Positions 18,684-27,917 of a stretch of 64,000 nt of DNA are shown one piece after another. This stretch comes from Anaerolineae bacterium. GTDB lineage: Bacteria; Chloroflexota; Anaerolineae; UBA1429. The stretch is taken from contig OY776562.1 of the NCBI GenBank assembly GCA_963675785.1, positions 2,688,001-2,752,000 on the forward strand. Reading direction: 5' to 3'. Below the pieces are notes generated by a model. It was given only the letters and a program-made list of their open reading frames with translations. It had not been told where the DNA came from and ran no database searches. Within the stretch, counting starts at the first letter, position 1. Each line of letters starts with the position of its first letter. A program made the translations under genes and the position numbers.

Positions 18684-18746
18684 CCGAATTGTCAGATTGG
18701 AAGGCGTGCCTGGTAGAGGCACTATGAACATCCCCGGGGGGGAGCA

Positions 18747-19394
18747 ATGAGAAAAAGACTGGTACTCATCCTTGTTGTATCCATGATACTAAGCCTGCTG
18801 ACCGCTGGCTGTGGTTTGCTTGGTATTGGCGGTGGTAGCAATGGAGAGGCCTTGTACGAAGACGATTTCTCGGACGATAGTTCGGGATGGGAAATCGGCG
18901 AATACTTGGATGGTTGGGTTGGTTATGCCGATGGCACCTATGAAGTGGGCGCTACCTATACAGGCTCGCCAATGTGGGGCGTCGCTGGCCAAAAGTTCTC
19001 CGATGTCTCTGTCACGGTAGAAGCTACCCAATACGACGCACCGTCCAACAGCAACAACGACTTTGGCATCATCCTGCGCGAGCAGGGTAACGCTGATGGC
19101 TATCACTTTTTGATCTCGGGTGACGGCTACTATGCCATCTACTTGCTTGAAGACAGCTACTTTACACCCTTGGTCGACTTTGCAACGAGCAACGTCATTA
19201 AGCAGGGCGATACTACCAACACGATTACGGCAATTGCCAATGGCACAGAGCTGACACTCATCGTGAATGGTGAGACCGTAGCCAGCATCACAGACAGCAC
19301 TTTTTCTTCTGGCGATATCGGCCTGGCAGTAACAACCTATGAAGAGGAACAGTCTGTCATCCGCTTTGATAACCTGGTAGCAGTCGCACCCTAA
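18747..19394 (+). CDS. Lipoprotein with one ConA/DUF1080-like beta-sandwich domain
   Basis: Lipobox LTAG|C. Domain LYEDDFSD..SGW ... FSSGDIGL ... IRFDNLVAVAP. Confidence 0.8.
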   Translation: MRKRLVLILVVSMILSLLTAGCGLLGIGGGSNGEALYEDDFSDDSSGWEIGEYLDGWVGYADGTYEVGATYTGSPMWGVAGQKFSDVSVTVEATQYDAPSNSNNDFGIILREQGNADGYHFLISGDGYYAIYLLEDSYFTPLVDFATSNVIKQGDTTNTITAIANGTELTLIVNGETVASITDSTFSSGDIGLAVTTYEEEQSVIRFDNLVAVAP

Positions 19395-19484
19395 ATAGCT
19401 ATATTGGCGACAGCACTGTAGATATTGTGTTCACCAGCAGTGTGTGCCTGGTAGAGGCACTATGAATATCCCCGGGGGGGAGCA

Positions 19485-20903
19485 ATGAGAAAAAGACTGG
19501 TACTCATCCTTGTTGTATCCATGATACTAAGCCTGCTGACCGCTGGCTGTGGTTTGCTTGATGGTTTGCTCAATGATGATAGTGGTAGCAATGGAGAGAC
19601 CTTGTACGAAGACGATTTCTCGGATGATAGTTCGGGATGGGAAGTCGGTGAATACACGGATGGTTGGGTTGGCTATGCAAAAGGCACCTATGAAGTGGGC
19701 GCCACTTATACGAGTTCGCCAATGTGGGGTGTCGCTGGCCAAAAGTTCTCCGATGTCTCTGTCACGGTAGAAGCTACCCAGTACGACGCACCGTCCAACA
19801 GCAACAACGACTTTGGCATCATCCTGCGCGAGCAGGGTAACGCTGATGGCTATCACTTTTTGATCTCGGGTGACGGTTACTATGCCATCTACTTGCTTGA
19901 AGATGGCTACTTTACACCCTTGGTCGACTTTACAACAAGCAGTGTTATCAAGCAGGGCGATACCACTAACACGATTACGGCAATTGCCAATGGCACAGAG
20001 TTGACACTCATCGTGAATGGTGAGACCGTAGCCAGTACCACAGACAGCACTTTTTCTTCTGGCGATATCGGCCTTGCAGCAACGACCTACGAAGAGGAAC
20101 AGACTGTCATTCGCTTTGATAATCTAGTAGCAGTCGCGCCCTCGGGAAGCAGTGCTAGTAGCAGCTCTGGGAAAGCCTCGCTCGGCAGCACGTCTGAGCC
20201 ACAACCTACCAATACTACTGCACCGCTGCCCACCAACACCACAGAACCACAACCCACCAATACTGCAGAGCCGCTGCCCACCAACACCGCAGAGCCGCTA
20301 CCTACCAACACCGCTGAGCCGCTGCCCACTGATGCTGCTGGTGGTGACACCGGAACGATCTTGTATGAAGACGATTTCTCGAATTCCCGTTCAGGATGGG
20401 AAATCGGCGAATATGAGGATGGTTGGGTTGGCTATGCTGATGGCACCTATGAGGTGGGCGCCACTTATACAGGCTCGCCGATGTGGGGCGTTCCCGATCA
20501 AAACTTTTCCGATGTTTCTGTCACAGTAGAGGCCACGCAGTATCAGTCGCCTTCCAACAGCAACAACGACTTTGGCATCATCCTACGTGAGCAGGGTAAC
20601 GCTGATGGCTATCACTTTTTGATCTCGGGTGACGGTTACTATGCCATCTACTTGCTTGAGAACAGTGAATTTACACCTTTGGTCAGCTTTACGGCGAGCA
20701 GTGTCATCAAACAAGGCTTTGCTACCAACACGATCACGGCAATTGCCAATGGCACAGAGCTAACACTCATCGTGAACGGTCAGACCGTTGCCAGTATCAC
20801 AGACAGCACTTTCTCGTCTGGCAATATAGGCCTGGCAGTGACAAGCTACGAAGAGGATTCAGCTGTTATTCGCTTTGATAATCTAGTGGCAGTCGCTCCC
20901 TGA
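19485..20903 (+). CDS. Paralogous lipoprotein with two ConA/DUF1080-like domains and a Pro/Thr linker
   Basis: Signal peptide identical to that of 18747..19394; two copies of the same domain. Confidence 0.8.
   Translation: MRKRLVLILVVSMILSLLTAGCGLLDGLLNDDSGSNGETLYEDDFSDDSSGWEVGEYTDGWVGYAKGTYEVGATYTSSPMWGVAGQKFSDVSVTVEATQYDAPSNSNNDFGIILREQGNADGYHFLISGDGYYAIYLLEDGYFTPLVDFTTSSVIKQGDTTNTITAIANGTELTLIVNGETVASTTDSTFSSGDIGLAATTYEEEQTVIRFDNLVAVAPSGSSASSSSGKASLGSTSEPQPTNTTAPLPTNTTEPQPTNTAEPLPTNTAEPLPTNTAEPLPTDAAGGDTGTILYEDDFSNSRSGWEIGEYEDGWVGYADGTYEVGATYTGSPMWGVPDQNFSDVSVTVEATQYQSPSNSNNDFGIILREQGNADGYHFLISGDGYYAIYLLENSEFTPLVSFTASSVIKQGFATNTITAIANGTELTLIVNGQTVASITDSTFSSGNIGLAVTSYEEDSAVIRFDNLVAVAP
20196..20333 (+). 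repeat. 24-nt coding tandem repeat (EPLPTNTA-like, ~6 units)
   Basis: EPQPTNTT APLPTNTT EPQPTNTA EPLPTNTA EPLPTNTA EPLPTD. Confidence 0.9.
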
Positions 20904-20910
20904 TTCTAGC

Positions 20911-20959
20911 AAAAAAGAGGGGAGATATGGGCATTCCGCCCTACATCTCCCCTCTTTTT
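20911..20959. terminator. Bidirectional intrinsic terminator
   Basis: AAAAAGAGGGGAGAT...ATCTCCCCTCTTTTT between convergent genes. Confidence 0.8.
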
Positions 20960-20977
20960 GTATTCACCAATCCGATA

Positions 20978-21319
20978 CTAGTGGTTCCTTCTCAGTCGTA
21001 AATACAGTAAATATGTGATCAAGCCGACCGTGCCAACAATAGCCATAACCAGAACCCAAGTCAGTACATCGAGCCCCTGAGAAAAAGTCTCCTCAGGCAG
21101 ATCAATCTGCACCCGAGTTGGCAAGGGGGTTGGTTTGGGCGTCGCTGTAGGTACAACACCAGTTGACTGCGCGGCCACCAGGGCAAAAGTATCCACACCT
21201 GAAAATACCCGCACATTGCTGTCCTCTGTAAGAAGGGGGACGCCAAATAGGAATAACCCCATCAGCAGGATGAAAAAAAACAATGCCCTCTTGTGCCTGC
21301 GTTGCCAATGCTTTATCAT
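20978..21319 (-). CDS. Small membrane protein with Pro/Thr linker
   Basis: N-terminal hydrophobic segment, PTATPKPTPLPT, C-terminal TM and basic tail. Confidence 0.65.
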   Translation of the reverse strand: MIKHWQRRHKRALFFFILLMGLFLFGVPLLTEDSNVRVFSGVDTFALVAAQSTGVVPTATPKPTPLPTRVQIDLPEETFSQGLDVLTWVLVMAIVGTVGLITYLLYLRLRRNH

Positions 21320-23073
21320 TTTGCCTGCTCACCGGAAAACACCAACTCGACATCGCCAGTCAACATAAAGTCCGTCTCTTCGCCAAATGGTGTCATCACC
21401 GAGACAGCGATATCCGTTCTACCAGCTTGCCCTTGAAGCATCAGACTATAATCGCCCTGTTCAATGCAAACAGCAACCTGAGCGGGGAGTAGATATTTGA
21501 GCACAAGCGTGTACGTCTCTCCCTTGGGAACCACGATAAAGGTGCCCCATATCTGTTTCCCCTGGCTGATACTCGCATCAACGGGTTCGTCAGTTCCAGT
21601 AATAGAAAGCAACTCACACCCCGGTTGCGCATAAACCCGAACATAATCCCAATAGCAATCATTTGCCAACTCGGCATAGGTATCCCGATAATAGGAGCGG
21701 TGGTCGCATGCGTTACCATCAGGTGTCGATAGATTCGTATAAGTAATCTCTAGTGTAGCAGTAAGCCCATCAGCAGTCTCTGCAACTGCATAATTGATGG
21801 CTTGTTCAATGTTGCGATCAACTTTGTTCCAGCCCATATTTGTATCTACAACCATCAAATAGTCACAGTCAGACGATTTAATATCTCCGGCAAGGCCCGC
21901 ATCCTCAATATCGGCCTGCACAGCTGAATTCTCGCTCCAGGCAAAAAGGTGTTTCTGTTCAGCACCCTGCACGACTGCCTGAAGAACATTGAGCAGCTCT
22001 CTGGCTCCCATGTCATGGGCAGCAGAGACGAATGAGTCCATCACATCGCCGCCAAAATCTTTGTGATGGGCAAGCCAATCGGCAAAACCACCTGCTTCGC
22101 CCAGCGCCGCCGCATCCTTGGGCTGTTCCCAATAGGAGATAAAAAGATCATAGAAATTCTCGCCAGTGACCTCGACCCCGTCATACCCCTCTACGTCGAT
22201 GCCACCCACTGCATCCAGAACAAGTTGCAAAAAGTCCATGTCGATGGCAATCACGCCATCGATGGATTTTTCTGTGTCCATTTCATAAAGAGAGGCCATA
22301 ACCGCAGCAGAGGAAGAAAAATCAGGGGACCAATTCGCATCGCGCATCAATAGAACGCTTGCACCCATGTAGGTTTGCAACGGGATCGGAGGTGTTGGGT
22401 GCACCTCATAGTAGGCTTCAATATCTTGCGAACTCGAATAATTAGAGACATCAAGATTGCCATCAGATATCGTGATCAGAGCCACAGCACTGATGAACCC
22501 GCCTGTTGCTCGAATCTCATCCTTGTTCTGAAAACAGGCCAGCCAAGTTTGATCTTCCAAACCCGAATCGGCCACTGCTAAGAGGGCACTAGAAACAAGA
22601 CTCAATTGTTTGGCCCTGTCTGCCCACACACCATCGAGACCCACACTCGCTCGTTCCGCGGCATCACGTGCCTCTGTTAACACCTCTCGATGAAGGGCCA
22701 TCTCGTACGCCGCGCCCTGCAGCGAAGAATCAGTCTCTCCCATGCCAAGTAAAGCCCACGATCCTGATTCGACCAGGCCGCTTATGCAAATTCCCAAGTC
22801 GCCAAACTCACCGGCCTTTTTAAAACCCACAAAATCCGCGACGTCCAGTACAAACTCGGTTTTATCAGCAAACCAACTTAGATGGCGAGATATCTTTTGC
22901 ACCTGGTCAGCAAGGTTCAAAACAACTTCAGAGTCGTCCAAGCCTGAGTCAGATAGATCCCGGGCTGCCATGTAGGTACGCAAGGCAGCCCGGCTCAATT
23001 GCGAAGCGTGATACAGGGGAAAAGCCAAAAGCAGGCCAAGGATGACAATAACCCCAAGCCAACCTTTTTTCAT
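21316..23073 (-). CDS. DUF4012-domain protein
   Basis: QNKDEIRATGGFI, RDANWSPDF, IDGVIAID, VDTNMGWNKVD, YWDYVRVY; N-terminal TM. Confidence 0.85.
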   Translation of the reverse strand: MKKGWLGVIVILGLLLAFPLYHASQLSRAALRTYMAARDLSDSGLDDSEVVLNLADQVQKISRHLSWFADKTEFVLDVADFVGFKKAGEFGDLGICISGLVESGSWALLGMGETDSSLQGAAYEMALHREVLTEARDAAERASVGLDGVWADRAKQLSLVSSALLAVADSGLEDQTWLACFQNKDEIRATGGFISAVALITISDGNLDVSNYSSSQDIEAYYEVHPTPPIPLQTYMGASVLLMRDANWSPDFSSSAAVMASLYEMDTEKSIDGVIAIDMDFLQLVLDAVGGIDVEGYDGVEVTGENFYDLFISYWEQPKDAAALGEAGGFADWLAHHKDFGGDVMDSFVSAAHDMGARELLNVLQAVVQGAEQKHLFAWSENSAVQADIEDAGLAGDIKSSDCDYLMVVDTNMGWNKVDRNIEQAINYAVAETADGLTATLEITYTNLSTPDGNACDHRSYYRDTYAELANDCYWDYVRVYAQPGCELLSITGTDEPVDASISQGKQIWGTFIVVPKGETYTLVLKYLLPAQVAVCIEQGDYSLMLQGQAGRTDIAVSVMTPFGEETDFMLTGDVELVFSGEQAK

Positions 23074-24284
23074 GAGCCAAACTCTGCTATCAGTCTGGGT
23101 ACCATATCGATATAGAACTGGCCCAATGGGTAGGACAGATGGGTAAAGGGATCATATAAGGCGCCCCCGAAAATCTCACTGTCATCTACATTGGGGTCAT
23201 CACGATAGTCTTCACCGGGATGAGCCATGCTGTACCAAAGCCAACGCTGCACCAGCAGATTGCCATCAGTGGGACACCCAATCGCGGCGTCAGTTGCTGA
23301 GAGCATGTAGCGATAGCTGGTCTCCATAAAGTCTGCCATAATCGCCTCGCCTTCAGCCCCAAACCACTCCTGCGGGTTGAGGAACCCGAACTCACTAACA
23401 ATCAGCTCGCATTCTCGGTAGCCGTTGTCGGCCATCCACTGGCGGAACGTGAGCATATGGTTCTCAAAGATATCCATATCATCCTGGTTCCACCACTGAT
23501 ATGTCTCTCCCTGCTCAGCATCAAGCCCCACCGGGATGCCAGCACCAGATTGGCCCTCGACTTCCTGTAAAATCTGATTGTGGACGGTCCACACATCCAC
23601 CGGCATGGCCACACCATAAAGGCGCTCATACTCGGCTAATACCCGGTCCAGCCATTCCAAGCGCAACGCCGTAGGCTCTACAACTCCGCCCACCGCCACA
23701 CGCGCCGTAAGATCTGCCTCTTTGAGCTCTGTATAGCAGGTATGATAGATGACAGCATACTGCTCAGGGGTACGCGCTCCTTGGCCATATGGGCACTCGG
23801 GCTCATTGCCAATGATCCACAAAGAGCCAGGATTAGCTGCTGCTGCAGCCTGAGCCTGGCTTAAATACGTGGGGTCTCCTAAAGGGTCTGCCCCATAAAT
23901 CGATTCGCGCACCATGATCATCTGCACGTATTCGGCATCGCCAATATCTGGTAGAGTCATACGATAACTATAATCAGCATAAAGACCATACAAGCCGCCG
24001 AGAGCGGGATAATCGCTGGCGGCTCCGTAAGCAGCACAAAACCCCATGCGCTCCAACACGGTGTAGGGATGTTGGTGGTTACGCATGAGTAAAGGCAAAA
24101 AGGTAACATAACTGCTGGCCACCGCCGTTGGTGCCACAGTTGGCGTAGCAATCTCTGCAGGCGTTTCTGCATAGGGTTCGATAGAAAAAGCTGCTGTCGC
24201 AAACACAGCTATCAATAAAACACAGAGTATCCCCCAGACGGGCAGTCGTCTGCGATCTTGGCTATGCATAACAGTTTGACGCAT
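23070..24284 (-). CDS. Secreted clan GH-A-like glycoside hydrolase
   Basis: Signal peptide. WIIGNEP (acid/base) and LIVSEFG (nucleophile) patterns. TFLPLLMR motif precedes the catalytic domain. Confidence 0.65.
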   Translation of the reverse strand: MRQTVMHSQDRRRLPVWGILCVLLIAVFATAAFSIEPYAETPAEIATPTVAPTAVASSYVTFLPLLMRNHQHPYTVLERMGFCAAYGAASDYPALGGLYGLYADYSYRMTLPDIGDAEYVQMIMVRESIYGADPLGDPTYLSQAQAAAAANPGSLWIIGNEPECPYGQGARTPEQYAVIYHTCYTELKEADLTARVAVGGVVEPTALRLEWLDRVLAEYERLYGVAMPVDVWTVHNQILQEVEGQSGAGIPVGLDAEQGETYQWWNQDDMDIFENHMLTFRQWMADNGYRECELIVSEFGFLNPQEWFGAEGEAIMADFMETSYRYMLSATDAAIGCPTDGNLLVQRWLWYSMAHPGEDYRDDPNVDDSEIFGGALYDPFTHLSYPLGQFYIDMVPRLIAEFGS

Positions 24285-24532
24285 TCGAGTCCTTTCATCA
24301 ACCAGTTTACAGGATTCCGAGTTTGCTCAACCGAGCCACGATTCCCAAATATTCCATTCGCAGGACGCTGGCACAAACACAAATCTATATGAAACCTGCC
24401 GGAAAGTACAAAAGCAGATCGAGATAAGAGATTATTCGATTCCAAAGCGCTGAAACAATTCCTTTATCAACCGATCAGGCAACGAAAAGATAGCAAGCGA
24501 GTCGAAACATATCTCTAGCTTTTGAAAAAAGA

Positions 24533-26152
24533 CTAGTCGCCCTCCACACTGTCAGAGGCTTCGTTAGCACTTGATTGATAAGCTACTTGAATCAGTCCCG
24601 CTAGAATCCAGAAAAACACGCCTGTTTTAGCGCCAAGGGCTATGGTATCGGCAATGCCATAAACACCAAAGCCCGCCAGCACAGCCACTACGCCCCCACC
24701 CAAGCCAGCTAGCCACCCTCGCCCACGTTGCGCAACACGAATTCCCTGCCATAAAATGATGCCACAAAAAGCTAGGAAAGCGGCTGTGCCGAGCAAACCA
24801 AGGTCGTACACAAGCTGAAGCACGAGATTGTGAGCGTGCGGCATAATTGCACTATACGTTCCCTTGTCGATCGCCACGTAATTTCTAAAGGTTCCTAAAC
24901 CATTCCCCAACCAGGGCGATTTTTGTATCTCATCTAGAGCCTGTGCCCACACGATGGGGCGAGAATGCAAATCCCAGTCACCCAAAGGAGTGGAAAAAGT
25001 TTGGCCGCTCAAGAGTTCATTGGCAATCTCCTGAACAACATCAAGGGGGACAAATATCAGAAATAGAAGAATAGAAATGATCAGAGCCCAGATGACTGTT
25101 TTCCGCAACCAACGCCAGCGAACCATGAACACAACCAACGCACTAACCAAGGCCCCAGCCCAGCCACTATGCGACTGAGTAAGCACAAGGGTTACGCTCA
25201 TTAGGAGTGTGCTTACTAGCGCTATCGTCCTCAAGACGCCCATCTTGTCTCCGTGAGACGGAGCCACAGACAACGACAAAGCAACAGGCATAAGGAATAA
25301 TAGCGTCCCTGCCAATTGATTTTGGTTGGCAGCTCCGCCCAAGGCCTCAGGTAGCTTTTCAATAATGTGAGGCAGATGACTGTATAAAATTGCCATGAAT
25401 GAGGATTGATGAGGCTCCTTCACAAAGAAAAAGCCCACGATGGCAAATATAGCACCTGAAGCAAGGTATAGCCCCACCAACCCCTTGAGCTGTTTTTCGC
25501 CGCGGAACAGCAAAGCCACCGAATAGGCGGCCAGGCCAACAACAACGCCCGCGATTTTGCTTAGCGTGAGTTCGTTATCCCCGCCCAGAATGGCCGCGAT
25601 GGCTACTGCGACGAGGGTAAAAACCAAGGCCAAGTCCTGCTTGCCCAGAATCCAGGGAGTGCCAGACTGCCAAAGATATAACGTAAGCCAAACGAGCACG
25701 ACCAAAATAGCCGAAAGCAGTGTCAACAGAGCACGTTGTGTTGGAAAAAGCAGGCCGGGCACAGCCAACAAGGCCAACAACGTGACAAAAACAAGTATCG
25801 TCGAGCGATATGGGGGACGCTCCAAGGGTACAAAGGAAGGAAAAGAAAAGCCCTCACGCTTTTGCCAGAATTTCCTGACAAAAAGAATCAAGCCCAACCC
25901 CATGCCAAGTGCGCCAGCATAAAGAGTCAGGCTTTCCGCGGTCATCAACAGGCCTACACCAAGCATCTCCAGAGCGATGCTGAATCCCAGAGTTCTTCTG
26001 GACTCATCTCGCGCTGATGATGCCTCGCCAACAAGATACCAGCTAAAGAGAGCGATCAGCAGAGCTGCGCCCATAATAATCAGACCAGCTGAAATCAGAG
26101 TAAGCGGATCAACATTCCAGACTACCGTTGTGCTTGTCAAGGCTGATTCCAA
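24533..26152 (-). CDS. O-antigen ligase (Wzy_C)-family membrane protein; start uncertain
   Basis: NQNQLAGTL, LTQSHSGW, R..VW..AL..I..SPWLGNGLGTF, PHAHNLVLQLVYDLGLLG. Confidence 0.85.
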   Translation of the reverse strand: MESALTSTTVVWNVDPLTLISAGLIIMGAALLIALFSWYLVGEASSARDESRRTLGFSIALEMLGVGLLMTAESLTLYAGALGMGLGLILFVRKFWQKREGFSFPSFVPLERPPYRSTILVFVTLLALLAVPGLLFPTQRALLTLLSAILVVLVWLTLYLWQSGTPWILGKQDLALVFTLVAVAIAAILGGDNELTLSKIAGVVVGLAAYSVALLFRGEKQLKGLVGLYLASGAIFAIVGFFFVKEPHQSSFMAILYSHLPHIIEKLPEALGGAANQNQLAGTLLFLMPVALSLSVAPSHGDKMGVLRTIALVSTLLMSVTLVLTQSHSGWAGALVSALVVFMVRWRWLRKTVIWALIISILLFLIFVPLDVVQEIANELLSGQTFSTPLGDWDLHSRPIVWAQALDEIQKSPWLGNGLGTFRNYVAIDKGTYSAIMPHAHNLVLQLVYDLGLLGTAAFLAFCGIILWQGIRVAQRGRGWLAGLGGGVVAVLAGFGVYGIADTIALGAKTGVFFWILAGLIQVAYQSSANEASDSVEGD

Positions 26153-26190
26153 ATCGCTGCAAAGATACCACTGTCGAAATCGCCCCGTCG

Positions 26191-26793
26191 CTATTTGCCC
26201 GTAGCGGGGAGAATGGCACGTGGTGCATCCAAAGTAACCTCTTGGGCATCAAAGATATCATCCATTGATGCCATGACTGTAACCGTAAAAGAGTCTCCAG
26301 GCCATAGATCGTCTGGAACCTGAATCGTAACCTGTAGTGAGTCTGCTTCACCAGGGTCCAGAGCAGCTACCACAGTATTAAAAACCATCTCCCCTGATGC
26401 CTCAACGATGGCAAGGCCATTCGCGTTGACCGTCACAGGATTCAAGTCCGAAAACGCTGTGCCTACATTTTCGACCATTATATTCAACTCGACCAGATCG
26501 CCCGGAGCAATTTCAAAAAAGGTGTCTTCGAGTGTAACCCAAGGTTGAGCATAACCTTCTTCAACAGGGGCATCTGTCGGCTGAGGGACAGCGGTAGGCC
26601 TAGGAGCCGTAGTAGGAGCAGATGTGGGTGAAGTAGTCGGTGCTATGGGAGTCCATGTTGCCGGGGGCGTCAAAGGCACGGTCTGCCGCAAAGGCGATTC
26701 CAAAGACATGGCCCAAGCCGTACTTGTAGAAGAAGCCCAAACTATGGCCAAAAGCAACAAAAGGCCCACAAAGTAGTGCTGCTTTTTTATCAC
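26191..26793 (-). CDS. Secreted Pro/Thr-rich protein with Ig-like domain ending in LPATGK
   Basis: Signal peptide (AWA), Pro/Thr linker, PGDLVELNIMVENVG beta-sandwich, terminal LPxTG. Confidence 0.75.
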   Translation of the reverse strand: MIKKQHYFVGLLLLLAIVWASSTSTAWAMSLESPLRQTVPLTPPATWTPIAPTTSPTSAPTTAPRPTAVPQPTDAPVEEGYAQPWVTLEDTFFEIAPGDLVELNIMVENVGTAFSDLNPVTVNANGLAIVEASGEMVFNTVVAALDPGEADSLQVTIQVPDDLWPGDSFTVTVMASMDDIFDAQEVTLDAPRAILPATGK

Positions 26794-26845
26794 AGGACAC
26801 CTGCTCCTATCTTGGTATCTTGAACATATAAGCGTTTTCTAGATG

Positions 26846-27529
26846 TCACTTGTTCCCCACCACAGCCGTGACGATTAAGCGATGCGTATAACCCCACTCG
26901 GGCCAACATGTAACTAGGGTGAGCCGTGTATCTTCTGTGGCATCCAACACCTCGGCCGCCTCGATTTGTTCACCCACCTCAAGGCCCGACTGCTGTATGC
27001 GAACAGATCCGGTCACTGTATAACTCGTCTCAGTTCCCGACATATCTCTGAGGATGATCTCATCGCCCTCTTGCAGTGCCTCTAGCTGTGCAAAGGGACT
27101 GCTTTCTGTGCCGCCGCTATGCCCTGCAAGTACGCAATTACCCTGATCGCCCAACGCAGCTGAACCGATCAGGTAACTGACATAGGCATCATCAGCATCC
27201 CAAACTGCAACAGAGATGCCATCGAGTTGTTCAATATGCCAAGAAACTTTGACAATGGGTTCTTCGAGTTCAACACTGGGGATAACGATCCAGCCTATCT
27301 GCCCCGTTATCGGAGTAGGCGTGGCCGTTGGTGTAACTCGTGTACGTACAGGCGTAGCCGTCCTCACGGAAGTAGTTGTAAGCACAGGTGTTTGAGTTAA
27401 TGCGCTGGCCGCAGATGGCGTCAGCGTAGTCTCTGTAGAGGAATGCCTACACCCAAGTGACAGAAAAATCAGAGAGATGAGAATAACAGATCGGACAATT
27501 ATATTATGTAAATGCACTTTACCTACCAC
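26846..27529 (-). CDS. Sortase
   Basis: GNCVLAGHS, LTLVTCWP, THRLIV catalytic triad; N-terminal anchor (possible lipobox LSLG|C). Confidence 0.92.
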   Translation of the reverse strand: MVGKVHLHNIIVRSVILISLIFLSLGCRHSSTETTLTPSAASALTQTPVLTTTSVRTATPVRTRVTPTATPTPITGQIGWIVIPSVELEEPIVKVSWHIEQLDGISVAVWDADDAYVSYLIGSAALGDQGNCVLAGHSGGTESSPFAQLEALQEGDEIILRDMSGTETSYTVTGSVRIQQSGLEVGEQIEAAEVLDATEDTRLTLVTCWPEWGYTHRLIVTAVVGNK

Positions 27530-27705
27530 CGCAAGCGTATTTTAGCTAGTTTCTGGTATAGCCTATAGACACCTGGCGAGTCAAGCTTTTGTTCATACCT
27601 CTCTGCCTAAATATAGAAACTGAAAGGCCTTGCATCAGCGAATCCTTTCTTGCCGACATCCAGAGAGACGAATATACTTGTAGAAACGAATATTGGAGAC
27701 CGGGT

Positions 27706-27879
27706 GTGGGATTTGGAAAAGGAACTGGCGATTTTTCAGCACGACAGCTCTGGGATTGGGTTCTGATAACCCTTGTGCTAACGATTACGTTTTTCGTTCT
27801 ACTCCAGATAATCGGAGAGCAGGTAAGGGAAATCCTGGAAGTAGTTCGCGCCTTTCTTGCTGATCTGATATCCGCATAG
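27706..27879 (+). CDS. Small single-TM protein, weakly Flp-pilin-like
   Basis: GGAG precedes GTG 27706. One hydrophobic helix followed by an amphipathic tail. Confidence 0.4.
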   Translation: MGFGKGTGDFSARQLWDWVLITLVLTITFFVLLQIIGEQVREILEVVRAFLADLISA

Positions 27880-27917
27880 ATGAGACTAGCATAACAAGAA
27901 CCTTTGGGAGGTACAAC

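Larger units (their letters stand above)
18706..20903 (+). repeat. Tandem gene/domain duplication (three domain copies, two near-identical 5' UTR + signal copies)
   Basis: 18706-~18820 is almost identical to 19444-~19560. Long identical stretches such as ccaacagcaacaacgactttggcatcatcct recur in all three domains. Confidence 0.92.

Noticed and set aside
18486-20903. Genomic island integrated at tRNA-Leu
   Set aside because: No integrase and no duplicated tRNA 3' end found downstream.
26150-26200. Frameshift or readthrough joining LPATG to the TM helices of the O-antigen ligase
   Set aside because: The frames differ, there is no slippery site, and the intervening translation does not resemble a sorting signal.
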